Assembly (NCBI GenBank): GCA_039794845.1
Contig: JAUQVK010000067.1
Span: 32,001-96,000 of the forward strand
Reading direction: 5' to 3'
Source: Thermostichus sp. DRC_bins_24
GTDB taxonomy: Bacteria; Cyanobacteriota; Cyanobacteriia; Thermostichales; Thermostichaceae
Length of the DNA stretch: 64,000 nucleotides
Shown here: piece after piece, positions 11,798 to 22,914 of the stretch
Layout of the letters: each line of letters opens with the position of its first letter
Numbering within the stretch: position 1 is the stretch's first letter
Translations under genes and position numbers: made by a program
The notes under the pieces: generated by a model
What the model was told of the DNA's origin: nothing
Seen by the model: only the letters and a program-made list of their open reading frames with translations
Databases searched by the model: none

Positions 11798-13192
11798 ATG
11801 ACCGAAGCCCTGCAAACGAAGTGGCTGCTGACTTACTTTGACAAACGGTTGCCTTTTCCCAAGGAATGGCTGCCCGAAGCGGTCTATTGGGTGGGGGGAT
11901 CCCTGCGGGATGCCTACCTGTGTCTGCTTAGGGAGCCTTCTCCGGAAGGCCTGAACAGGCTTTTGAATCCAAATGGGCCTCTTGACCTGGATTTGATGTG
12001 GAGTGGCGAGCCGGTGGGATGGGCAGCGGGGGTGGCGCGGCGGTTGGGGGCGGGGTTTGTGGTGCTGGATGCACAGCGGCAGATTGCCCGTATCGTGTTG
12101 CCGCAGCTAACGGTGGATGTGGCCCTGCAAGCTGGTTCGACGCCCGAATCCGATCTGTGGCAGCGGGATTTCACCTGCAATGCGCTGGCTCTGGATCTGC
12201 ATAGCGGACAGCTGTTGGATCCCACAGGTGGGCAGACGGATATTCGGCAAGGCCAAATTCGCATGGTGCGCCCGGAAAATCTCAGTGCCGATCCGGTGCG
12301 GCTGTTGCGGGCCTATCGCCAGGCGGCTCAACTGGGGTTCGAGCTGGATCCGGTTACCCAAGGGGCAATTCGGGAGCGGGCCCATCTACTGGCCGATGTG
12401 GCGGGAGAACGGGTGCGCTCAGAAGTGGTGGCGCTATTGGAGGCCGAGATTCCGGGTTTGGAACACTTGCGGGGGGCGGTGGCCGCAGGGTTGCTTGGGT
12501 ACTGGTTGCCCAAATTGCAGCCTGAGAAGGAGGTGTTTCTCCGGGCGCAAACAGTGTGGCAGTGGGCCCATCGATGGGAAGGGCAGTATCCGCGCACGCT
12601 GGCGGAGTTGGCTCAACCTTTGGCGGACCGCCGTTCTGGGCTGTTGGCGGTGGTGTTGGCGGCTTTGCTGTGGGATCCCTCAGCTCCGGCAGATCTTCAG
12701 GCAGAGGCCGTTGAAACAGATCTGGAGCGGTTACGCTTCAGTCGGGCAGAGATGCGGGCGGTGCAAAAGCTATATCATCTCTTGCCTCAGTTGCTTTCTT
12801 TGCTCACGGGATCCCCTACCCCCGTCCAACAGTGGCGGCTGTATCAACAGGCGGGATCCCTATTCGGGGGTTTGGCCCTGTTGGCCGTGGCGACGGGATG
12901 GGCTGACCCTCTGGCTCTTGTGGAGCAAGAAGGGCAGAAGACTAAGATACCGTTCGCGCAACAACTGGAACCCTGGCTCACTCGCTATGAAGACCCAGGG
13001 GATCCCTTAGCCCATCTGGTTCCTCTTCTGGATGGCAGCGATGTGTTGCACAGTTTGGGAGCAAAACCTGGCCCTTGGGTAGGGCAACTGCTACAGGCTC
13101 TCCAAGAGGCCCAAGCCTGTGGCCGAATCCAAACCCGTGACGAGGCCCTCACGTTTGCTCACCAGTGGCGTGAGAAAGGCTCGCAAAATTAG
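11798..13192 (+). CDS. Class II tRNA nucleotidyltransferase, probably CC-adding type
   Basis: VGGSLRD...DLD, QRDFTCNALA, DPVRLLRAYR and VAGERVRSE motifs; short segment between motifs A and B. Confidence 0.85.
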   Translation: MTEALQTKWLLTYFDKRLPFPKEWLPEAVYWVGGSLRDAYLCLLREPSPEGLNRLLNPNGPLDLDLMWSGEPVGWAAGVARRLGAGFVVLDAQRQIARIVLPQLTVDVALQAGSTPESDLWQRDFTCNALALDLHSGQLLDPTGGQTDIRQGQIRMVRPENLSADPVRLLRAYRQAAQLGFELDPVTQGAIRERAHLLADVAGERVRSEVVALLEAEIPGLEHLRGAVAAGLLGYWLPKLQPEKEVFLRAQTVWQWAHRWEGQYPRTLAELAQPLADRRSGLLAVVLAALLWDPSAPADLQAEAVETDLERLRFSRAEMRAVQKLYHLLPQLLSLLTGSPTPVQQWRLYQQAGSLFGGLALLAVATGWADPLALVEQEGQKTKIPFAQQLEPWLTRYEDPGDPLAHLVPLLDGSDVLHSLGAKPGPWVGQLLQALQEAQACGRIQTRDEALTFAHQWREKGSQN

Positions 13193-13199
13193 CACTTAG

Positions 13200-14056
13200 G
13201 CGGGTAGACCGCAGGTCGTTCCTAGCCCCGCCCTGTACCCGCAGGGTCAGGGTCGGGATGAGAGCCGCGTGAGCCGAAGGAGAACAATAGCCTAGGCATC
13301 ACAAAGGGATTTCTGCTTTCAATATGAAGAAACAGATTCCTGCACTAAAAGCAGAGCATGAATGGCTGAAAGAGTGCTATTCCCAATGCTTACAGCAATC
13401 GGTACTGAATCTGTCTCAGGCATTTCAAAACTTTTTTGAGGGCAGGGCAAAGTATCCCAATTTCAAATCAAAGCACCATCGCCAGTCTGTTCAGTTCCCC
13501 CAAAATGTCAAAGTGATTTCTGAATCTGCAATCAAGTTTCCTGGCTTGCTGGGAACGATTGCAGCCAAGATTCACAGACCAATTGAAGGACAACTAAAAA
13601 CAGTTACAGTGTCGAAGATGCCAGACGGAAAATACTTTGCATCGCTGCTGGTAGATGTAGGCTGGGGGCAGTTCTGCACCATGCTCAAATACAAAGCAGA
13701 GTTTGAAGGCAAGGTGTATCTAGAGATTGGGCGATTCTTCCCAAGCTCTCATCCTTGCTCAAACACACTGCTACCGCTAGAAAAGATGGATTTATCGATT
13801 CGCTCGTTTGTCTGCCCTCATTGCTCAGAACGGCATGACAGGGATGTCAATGCAGCAATCAATATCAGAAATGAAGGCTTGCGGATATCGGTGAGCCAGG
13901 GTCTGGCTCACTTGGCCTCAGGAAGTGGGGCTTCTGCTCTAGGACGCGACGTTAAGACCCAAGGGAGGAAGGCGCAAGTCTACCCTCTCCGAGGCAGTCG
14001 CGGTTGATTAGAGAAGCCCGCGCGCTTTCGCTTGCGAGGAGCGTCGGGTACTTCAC
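13200..14056 (+). mobile_element. Non-autonomous, internally deleted IS200/IS605-family element
   Basis: Left-end hairpin (CCCGCCCTG...CAGGGTCGGG) after TTAG at 13196-13199; AT-richer tnpB remnant; right-end hairpin GAAGCCCG...CGGGTACTTC ending in TTCAC at 14056; no terminal inverted repeats. Confidence 0.8.
13324..14007 (+). pseudogene. tnpB: TnpB remnant lacking the N-terminal HTH and the RuvC-I/II region
   Basis: WLKECYSQCLQQSVLNLSQAFQNFF...YPNFKSK; YFASLLV joined directly to DVGWGQF; zinc finger CPHC and DRDVNAAINI kept; no GIDLG motif. Confidence 0.88.
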
Positions 14057-14799
14057 CCGAAGCGGTAACCGAAGCCGCGCACCGTTACCAAATACTCGGG
14101 GCTACTGGGATCCAGCTCCAATTTCTCCCGCAACCAGCGAATATGCACATCCACGGTTTTGCTGTCGCCCATAAAGTCGGATCCCCAAATGCGCTCGAGC
14201 AACTGCTCACGGGTCCAAACGCGGCGTGGGTTACCCATGAACAACTCCAGCAGGCGAAACTCCTTAGGGGAAAAATTCACCTCAATGCCCCGCACCAGCA
14301 CCCGGCATTCTTGGGTAAACATACACAGATCCCCATACCGCAACACCGTGGCATCGCCCACCTGAGAGTGCTGCTGCCGACGCAACACCGAACGACAGCG
14401 GGCGATCAACTCCCGCATCCCAAAGGGCTTGGTTAGGTAGTCATCTGCGCCCAGCTCCAGGCCCACCACCCGGTCGGTTTCGCTGCTTTTGGCCGTCAAC
14501 ATCAGAATTGGGATGGTGTTGCCTTCCCGTCGCAACAGCCGACAGAGATCCAGCCCGTTCAAGCTAGGCAACATCAAATCCAAGATCACCAGGTCCAGCC
14601 GCTCGGCGGTGTGCACCAGTTCGAGGGCTTGGCGGCCATCGTTGGCCTGCAAAACCCGATAGCCCTGCTCTTCTAGGGCAAGAGCGATCGTTTCCCGAAT
14701 AGTGTCCTCATCATCCACTACCAACAGAGTCTCCGACAGGGGAGAGACTTCCCTAACCTGGGGAAGTGGATTGGTCAATGTTGGAAGGGTTGCTTGCAT
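14053..14799 (-). CDS. OmpR/PhoB-family response regulator, SphR-like
   Basis: Receiver domain LVVDDE...LDLMLP...GADDYLTKPF; wHTH SKTVDVHIRWLREKLE...VTVRGFGYRFG. Confidence 0.9.
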   Translation of the reverse strand: MQATLPTLTNPLPQVREVSPLSETLLVVDDEDTIRETIALALEEQGYRVLQANDGRQALELVHTAERLDLVILDLMLPSLNGLDLCRLLRREGNTIPILMLTAKSSETDRVVGLELGADDYLTKPFGMRELIARCRSVLRRQQHSQVGDATVLRYGDLCMFTQECRVLVRGIEVNFSPKEFRLLELFMGNPRRVWTREQLLERIWGSDFMGDSKTVDVHIRWLREKLELDPSSPEYLVTVRGFGYRFG

Positions 14800-15081
14800 G
14801 ATTCAGCCTCAGAGGGAAAGAAGGGCAAGTGCCACCACCTTCAACAGCAGCCCCTCGATAGGATATCAAACTTCTGCGATGAGCAATTAGGGCAGCAGCA
14901 GCAGGAAAGCAGAGGGAAGCTCTTCCGAGGTCCTCGGACGGTGGATGTGGCCACAAGGATTCCGAGTCCCGCTGGGAAGCTGTGGCATCAGCAGTGCTTT
15001 TTAGGATGATTTAAGATCGGCTCGGCTCCGTCTTTCGGGTGCGCTGTTGCTGCTGAGTTCTATTTTGATGGGAACCTGCCC

Positions 15082-15990
15082 ATGTCTGCTTCTCCTCTTG
15101 CACCGTCCTTTTGGGCTACCGGCGGAGCGATTCTGCGGCTGTTGCGCTGGCACAAACCCGCGGGACGGTTGATTTTGATGATTCCGGCCTTGTGGGGGGC
15201 TTTTCTGGCCGGACGAGGGATCCCACCCTGGCCGTTGGTGGGGATTATCGTTCTGGGTACTTTGGCCACCAGTGGCGCAGGGTGCGTGATCAACGACCTG
15301 TGGGATCGCAATTTGGATCCCTTGGTGGAGCGCACCCGCAACCGGCCTTTGGCCAGCCGGGAATTGACCGTGGGTGTAGCGATCCTGATGCTGCTGGTGA
15401 GTTTGGCCTGTGCGGCAGGGTTGGCGCTTTTTCTGAACCCCGTTAGTTTTGGTTTGTGTGTGGCGGCAGTGCCGGTGATTTTGCTCTATCCGGGGGCGAA
15501 GCGGGTCTTTCCGGTGCCGCAGTTGGTATTGGCGCTGGCCTGGGGCTTTGCGGTGTTGATCAGCTGGACGGCGGTGAGCGGCCAGGATGCAAATACACCC
15601 CTGTGGGAGGGCGGTTTGGTCTGGCTGTGGCTGGCCACGGTTCTGTGGACGCTGGGGTTTGATACGGTCTACGCCCTCTCGGATCGGGAGGATGACGAAC
15701 GGGCCGGGATCCACTCCAGTGCGAGATTTTTCGGGCGGTGGGCGCCGACGGCAGTGGGGTTGTTTTTTCTGGGCACCGCAATCGCCCTGTTGGGAGTGGG
15801 GGTGAGCTTGCAGCTGCAGGGAGTTTACTTCGCCAGTTGGGTGATTGCCACCTTCATCTGGGGCCGACAAACCTGGCAGCTGCATCAGGTGGATGCTCCC
15901 CCGACGTTGTACCCCACCATCTTCGGTCAGAATGTGGTGCAAGGATTTATTTTGCTGGCGGGTATGATCGGCGGATCCCTGTTGGCCTGA
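15082..15990 (+). CDS. ubiA: 4-hydroxybenzoate solanesyl/polyprenyltransferase
   Basis: LLRWHKPAG, GCVINDLWDRNLDPLVERTRNRPL and FDTVYALSDREDD motifs. Confidence 0.92.
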   Translation: MSASPLAPSFWATGGAILRLLRWHKPAGRLILMIPALWGAFLAGRGIPPWPLVGIIVLGTLATSGAGCVINDLWDRNLDPLVERTRNRPLASRELTVGVAILMLLVSLACAAGLALFLNPVSFGLCVAAVPVILLYPGAKRVFPVPQLVLALAWGFAVLISWTAVSGQDANTPLWEGGLVWLWLATVLWTLGFDTVYALSDREDDERAGIHSSARFFGRWAPTAVGLFFLGTAIALLGVGVSLQLQGVYFASWVIATFIWGRQTWQLHQVDAPPTLYPTIFGQNVVQGFILLAGMIGGSLLA

Positions 15991-16163
15991 GGGTCCGCTG
16001 GATTTTGGGGCAGGTGGTGTAGCCGAGAAGGGATCCCGGCCTGGTTTCAAGCCGACGACTCTTTGGGCCTTGATGCCGGAATTAACCCATTGCCAGGAGC
16101 CCACTATACAATTACTCACAATTACTCAAATCAATTACTGTGCCTTGAGGGCTTGGGCTCCTG

Positions 16164-17644
16164 ATGGCTTCCTTGAGCGGTGGCGCGCCTCCCTACGACA
16201 TCCTCATCCTCTCAAACGGCCCCGGAGAGCTGACCACCTGGGTACGTCCGGTTGTGATGGAATTGCGCCAGCAACTGCCTCAAGCGCGCCTTTCGCTGGT
16301 GCTCTCCCCCTGTCCCCACGCATCGGGGCAGGAAGTGAAGATGGCCCAAGAGTTCATCAAGATTGATCGGGTGCAGGATCCCGATTTTTTTCTGGCTTTT
16401 TTGCTTACCGGCCAAACGGAAGAAGCCTGGGATTGGGCCGAACGGGGGGTGGTGTTGTTTCTGGGGGGAGATCAGTTTTTTGCCGTCTGCATCGCCCAGC
16501 GCCTGCGCTACCGCCTGGTGGTGTACGCCGAGCATCGGCCCCGTTGGCAACCCTGGGTACATGCCTTTGCCCTACGAACTGAGGACAGCAAGCGACGTTA
16601 CGACGGCGGATGGCTGTTGGGCCACCGTTGGGCCGGCAAAATGCACGTTGTCGGGGATTTGATGGCGGATGGTGTGGCCAGTGCCACCTATTTGCCGGGG
16701 GTATCGGTTTCCGGCTGGCCCAGCGGTGGCTCTTTCTCCGCGGAGCCCCCTACCGTTGCCTCAAAACCAACGGCGGGGTTCTCCTCGCTGACGCAGATTT
16801 CTGCCCTGATCAAAGATGTGCCTTTCGAGGGCACTGTTCCGGAGCAGGAACCCCATCGCTCTGTCGAAAAAGCATTGCTGCCACGCGGCTGGCAACGCCT
16901 GAGCGATGGGAGCCGCACCCACTATCAGGTGGGATTACTGCCGGGATCCAAGCCCGCCAAGCTCTCGTTGGGGGTGCCGCTGGTTCTGGCGGTGGCCGAT
17001 GAGTTGCGCCAACACCTGCCCAACATCCGCTTTGTGATTCCGGTGGCCCCCGGCCAAACCCCGCAATCTCTGGCGGGCTATGCCCATCCCAAGTTCAATC
17101 CCGATATGGCCCTGATCTATGGCACCTCTGGAACTTTGGAACAAACCAATCTGGGGGCGCAGTTCGTCACGCCCTTTGGCAGCACCGTACAACTGTGGAC
17201 GACGTTCCCCGCCTATTCGGTGTTGGCCAACTGCGATCTCTGTCTGACGACAGTTGGCGCCAATACTGCGGAATTGGCCCGGCTGGGGGTGCCGATGGTG
17301 GTGGTGATCCCCACCAATAAACTCGAGGCGATGCGCGCTTGGGATGGGATCCTCGGCCTGTTGGTCAATTGGCCCGGCATTGGCGCCTGGTTGGCCCGTC
17401 GCATTAATCGTGTGGCCTTGCGCTGGTTGAGCCACTTGGCTTGGCCGAATATCTGGGCAGGACGGGAGGTGGTTCCGGAGTTGCGGGGCCATTTGCGGCC
17501 GGTGGAGGTAGCAGAGGCGATGCGGGTTTTGTTGGAGGATCCGCAGCGGCGACGGCAAATGCAGATGGAGTTGCAACAGTTGGGGGGAAGGCCGGGGGCA
17601 GCGCAAGCGCTTGTGCAGTTGGTGGCTCAGCAGTTGAGCAAAGG

Positions 17645-17648
<4 letters not shown>
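16164..17648 (+). CDS. Lipid-A-disaccharide synthase-related glycosyltransferase (LpxB-like)
   Basis: DILILSNGPGELTTWVRPV, LFLGGDQ, GLLPGSK, TTVGANTAEL and AWPNIWAG..VVPEL motifs. Confidence 0.8.
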
Positions 17649-19437
<1,789 letters not shown>

Positions 19438-19458
19438 GGCACTGACGTAAAGATGAAT

Positions 19459-19500
19459 GAGTTCAGGATCTTGGGCTGGGCCTGGGATCCTGAACTCTTT
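19459..19500. terminator. Strong hairpin between convergent ahcY and argG
   Basis: GAGTTCAGGATC...GATCCTGAACTC, a 12-bp perfect inverted repeat followed by TTT. Confidence 0.7.
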
Positions 19501-19509
19501 GGGGATCCC

Positions 19510-20712
19510 TTAGCGCCGCTGAGCTTGTGACCACACGCGGGTGGGCAGGCCCCAAATGTAGATAAAGCCCTCGGCAGCTTTGTGGTCGAATTGATCCCCT
19601 TCGCCGTAGGTGGCCAGCTCCGCATTGTAGAGCGACTGGCTGGATTGGCGCCCGACGCACACCGCTTGTCCTTTGTGGAGACGCATGCGAACCACTCCCG
19701 TGACGGTTTTTTGGGTGGCCCGGACAAACGCATCCAAAGCATCCCGTAGGGGCGAGTACCAAAGGCCGTTGTACACCAGTTGGCTGTAGGTGGTCTCGAT
19801 GCCGTACTTGTAGTGGGTGACATCGCGGGTGAGGGTGAGGCTTTCCAGCTCGCGGTGGGCCTGAATCAGCACCAACAGGGCAGGGCACTCGTAGATCTCG
19901 CGGGATTTGATCCCCACCAAGCGGTTTTCCACCATGTCGATGCGACCGACCCCATTTGCCCCTGCCAAGAAGTTCAGCCGCTCGAAAAGCATCTTCGGCT
20001 CCAGCCGCTCGCCATCTAGGCCCACGGGGATCCCTTGCTCGAACTCAATCTCTACATAGGTCGGCTCATCTGGCGTATCCTGCACCGGCTTGGTAAGGGC
20101 ATATACCTCTTCGGGGGGCTCGGTATTGGCATCTTCTAGGATCCCGGCTTCGGCACTGCGGCCCAAAATGTTCAGGTCAATGCTGTAGGGGCTGGATTTT
20201 TTCACCGGCGAAGGGATCCCGAAGCGCTCCCCATAGGCAATGGTTTCCTCTCGTGTCATGCCCCACTCGCGGGCCGGGGCCAGCACCTTCAGGCTGGGGT
20301 TGAGGGCGGTAATGGCCAAATCGAAGCGCACCTGGTCGTTGCCTTTGCCGGTGCAGCCATGGGCCACCGCATCCGCCCCCACTTCTTCGGCCACCTGCAC
20401 CAACAGTTTGGCGATCAGAGGTCGAGCCAGCGAGGTGGAGAGGGGATAGCGATTTTCGTAGAGGGCATTGGCTTGAATGGCAGGGAAAGCGTAGTCGGTG
20501 ATCAATTCCCGAATGGCATCGCGCACCAGAGACTGTTCGGCGCCTGCGGTCAGGGCTTTGGCTTGAATGGCGTCCAGTTCTGCCCCTTGCCCCAGATCCA
20601 CCGCCAGGGTCACCACCGATTCCACCCCCCATTCGTGAATGAGATAGGGGATACAGACCGAGGTATCCACCCCACCCGAATAGGCCAACACCACCTTCTT
20701 CGCCCGTCCCAT
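19510..20712 (-). CDS. argG: Argininosuccinate synthase
   Basis: [25 protein letters not shown] and [14 protein letters not shown] motifs. Confidence 0.98.
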   Translation of the reverse strand: MGRAKKVVLAYSGGVDTSVCIPYLIHEWGVESVVTLAVDLGQGAELDAIQAKALTAGAEQSLVRDAIRELITDYAFPAIQANALYENRYPLSTSLARPLIAKLLVQVAEEVGADAVAHGCTGKGNDQVRFDLAITALNPSLKVLAPAREWGMTREETIAYGERFGIPSPVKKSSPYSIDLNILGRSAEAGILEDANTEPPEEVYALTKPVQDTPDEPTYVEIEFEQGIPVGLDGERLEPKMLFERLNFLAGANGVGRIDMVENRLVGIKSREIYECPALLVLIQAHRELESLTLTRDVTHYKYGIETTYSQLVYNGLWYSPLRDALDAFVRATQKTVTGVVRMRLHKGQAVCVGRQSSQSLYNAELATYGEGDQFDHKAAEGFIYIWGLPTRVWSQAQRR

Positions 20713-20937
20713 GCTGCCGCGGATCCCCAGTTAAAAAGTTGCTAGCTCATTATGCCCTGCGGGATCGGTCTTGGCTCACTACGCAACTTTATCCAGCGGC
20801 AATCCGGCCAAAGGAAGAGAGCTAAAAGGGACACACGCGCCCTTTCGTCAGCTATTCTCAAAGGGATTTCTCTGGCCAATGTCAAAAAGGCATCCGGCGG
20901 GGGAAATCCCTGGGGTGTGAGGAAAACTGAGGTGAGC

Positions 20938-22914
20938 ATGGCTGGCAAGAAGACCACGCCGGGACGGCTGGGGCGCAAACGAAGTCCGGTTCTGGTTTGG
21001 GCGGGGCTGCTGTCGTTGCTGAGCTTTGTGGGAGGAATGGGGCTGGCGGGGATGTCTCGTCAGGAGGTTGGCTCTTCATCTTCCGGATCCCCAAGTCAGT
21101 CGGGTTCGGCAGGGCCCGAGTCCCCTCGCTTTACCGCTCACGGTTGGCCGCTGTTGGATCCGAAGCCACAGCCGGATCAGGTGTGGGAATGTGAATTGGT
21201 GGTGGTGGGGGGATCCCTGGGGGGGGTGGCGGCAGCCAGTCAGGCGATGCGGGCTGGGGTGCAAACCTGTTTGATCGAGTTAACCCCTTGGTTGGGGGGG
21301 CAGATCACCTCGCAGGGGGTATCGGCTATTGATGAATCCCTGCCGATGCGCCAACGGGGCAATTTTTCCAGCCATTGGATACAGTTCAAAGCCCTCTTGG
21401 AAAGCCAGCCTGTGACGTTGCCCGCTTGGACAGGGATCCCGGTGGGGACGCGCGTGGCGGATATCAACAGTTGCTGGGTGGGGGGCTTGTGTTTTCCGCC
21501 TGCTGCTGGGGTCAAGGCGGTGGAAACTTGGCTAGAACAAGCGGCCCAAAATGCCCCCAACAGTCGCTGGGTTACCCAGACTGCCTTTAAGGGGGCAACC
21601 TTCAGCCCGGATGGATCCCGAATTGAGAGCATTTACGCGGTGCAACGGCAACCCCGGGATCCGAACTTTGTGCCACCCGGTCGGCTGTGGCGGGAATTGG
21701 CCAGTTGGTACAGCTGGGGGGAAACAGAGGTTTTTGCCAAGCGCTCGCTGCGCCTACAAGCTCCGCCCGGACGAGAATTGTTTGTCATCGATGCCACGGA
21801 TACCGGGGAACTGGTGGGTTGGGCCGGGATCCCCTATCGGGTGGGTTCTGAAAGTCGTGAATTGCTGGGTGAACCCAATGGGGCCCCAGATACCAACCCA
21901 GAGTGCACACAAGCCTTTACTTTTCCCTTTGTGATGGCCATTCACGACGATGGCGGGCGCTCAAAAGCCGAGTTGGCACAGCTGCAACCGGGCTATTCCC
22001 GCGCCGAGCACCGACGGGAGTTTGACATGGAAGGGTTTCCCACCTTCAGTGGCCAGAGCTTTTTTAACTACCGCCGCATCGTCAGCAAGGGGCGCACGGA
22101 TCCCTTTTACGGCACCCCCGTTCCTGGGGATTTGACGATGGTGAACTGGAACCGCGGCAACGACTGGGGCATCATGAACCCACCCCTGATTTTGACGGAA
22201 GAACGCCTGCAGGAATCTGGCCAACGGCACAACTGGTTGGGGGGGCTGGATGTCTCGGCGATCAAAGATGGGGAGAATCACGCCCTGTTGTTTGCCGAGT
22301 GGCTGATGGAAACTCAGCAGCGATCTGGCTATCCTTTGTCGTTGCTGTTTGGGGAAGAGTCGTTGATGGGCACTCGTTCTGGCCTTAGCCTTTATCCCTA
22401 TATTCGGGAAGGGCGGCGCATTCTTGGTCGAGCAGCCTACGGTCAGTCGGAATTCATGATGCTAGAGCAGGATATTCGCAAAGGACTAGGTCCTGCTAAC
22501 GCAACTGGCACCACAGGTGGGCGGGATTTCACCCCGACAGTGGTGGGGGTGACCCACTATGCCATCGATATCCACGGCTGTCGTTATCGCAACTGGGAGC
22601 CCTCTTTGTCCGCCAGTTCTGCCCCGATCAACGAGTTTTCCGTCCATCCGATTCGTATCCCTCTAGAGGCTCTGATCCCCCAACGGCTGGATAATGTGCT
22701 GATTGGTGGCAAGGGAATTGCAGTGAGTCACATCGTCAATGCCGCCACCCGGGTTCATTACGGCGAATGGACCATTGGCTCGGCGGCAGGGTTGACGGTT
22801 GCTTGGTTGCGCACTCAGGATCCCAGCTTGACTCCGGCTCAGATCGTACCGCAGGGGAAAATCACGGATTTGCAGGGCTACCTTGTTTCCCGCGGACAAC
22901 GGCTGCAATGGTAG
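20938..22914 (+). CDS. FAD-dependent oxidoreductase with an N-terminal membrane anchor
   Basis: VVGGSLGGVAAA, WLGGQITSQGVSAIDE, IDATDTGEL and YIREGRR motifs; start moved to ATG 20938. Confidence 0.8.
   Translation: MAGKKTTPGRLGRKRSPVLVWAGLLSLLSFVGGMGLAGMSRQEVGSSSSGSPSQSGSAGPESPRFTAHGWPLLDPKPQPDQVWECELVVVGGSLGGVAAASQAMRAGVQTCLIELTPWLGGQITSQGVSAIDESLPMRQRGNFSSHWIQFKALLESQPVTLPAWTGIPVGTRVADINSCWVGGLCFPPAAGVKAVETWLEQAAQNAPNSRWVTQTAFKGATFSPDGSRIESIYAVQRQPRDPNFVPPGRLWRELASWYSWGETEVFAKRSLRLQAPPGRELFVIDATDTGELVGWAGIPYRVGSESRELLGEPNGAPDTNPECTQAFTFPFVMAIHDDGGRSKAELAQLQPGYSRAEHRREFDMEGFPTFSGQSFFNYRRIVSKGRTDPFYGTPVPGDLTMVNWNRGNDWGIMNPPLILTEERLQESGQRHNWLGGLDVSAIKDGENHALLFAEWLMETQQRSGYPLSLLFGEESLMGTRSGLSLYPYIREGRRILGRAAYGQSEFMMLEQDIRKGLGPANATGTTGGRDFTPTVVGVTHYAIDIHGCRYRNWEPSLSASSAPINEFSVHPIRIPLEALIPQRLDNVLIGGKGIAVSHIVNAATRVHYGEWTIGSAAGLTVAWLRTQDPSLTPAQIVPQGKITDLQGYLVSRGQRLQW

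Noticed and set aside
10829..11815. Long antisense or alternate-frame ORFs (e.g. 10829-11815, 15001-16119, 46040-47092, 60467-61351, 12117-13010)
   Set aside because: Shadow ORFs of well-supported genes in GC-rich DNA, with no recognisable motifs.
13324..14007. Active TnpB/Cas12f nuclease
   Set aside because: RuvC-I and RuvC-II regions and the N-terminus are deleted.
14800..15081. Pho-box autoregulation upstream of the sphR-like gene
   Set aside because: No convincing PyTTAAPyPy repeats at 11-bp spacing.
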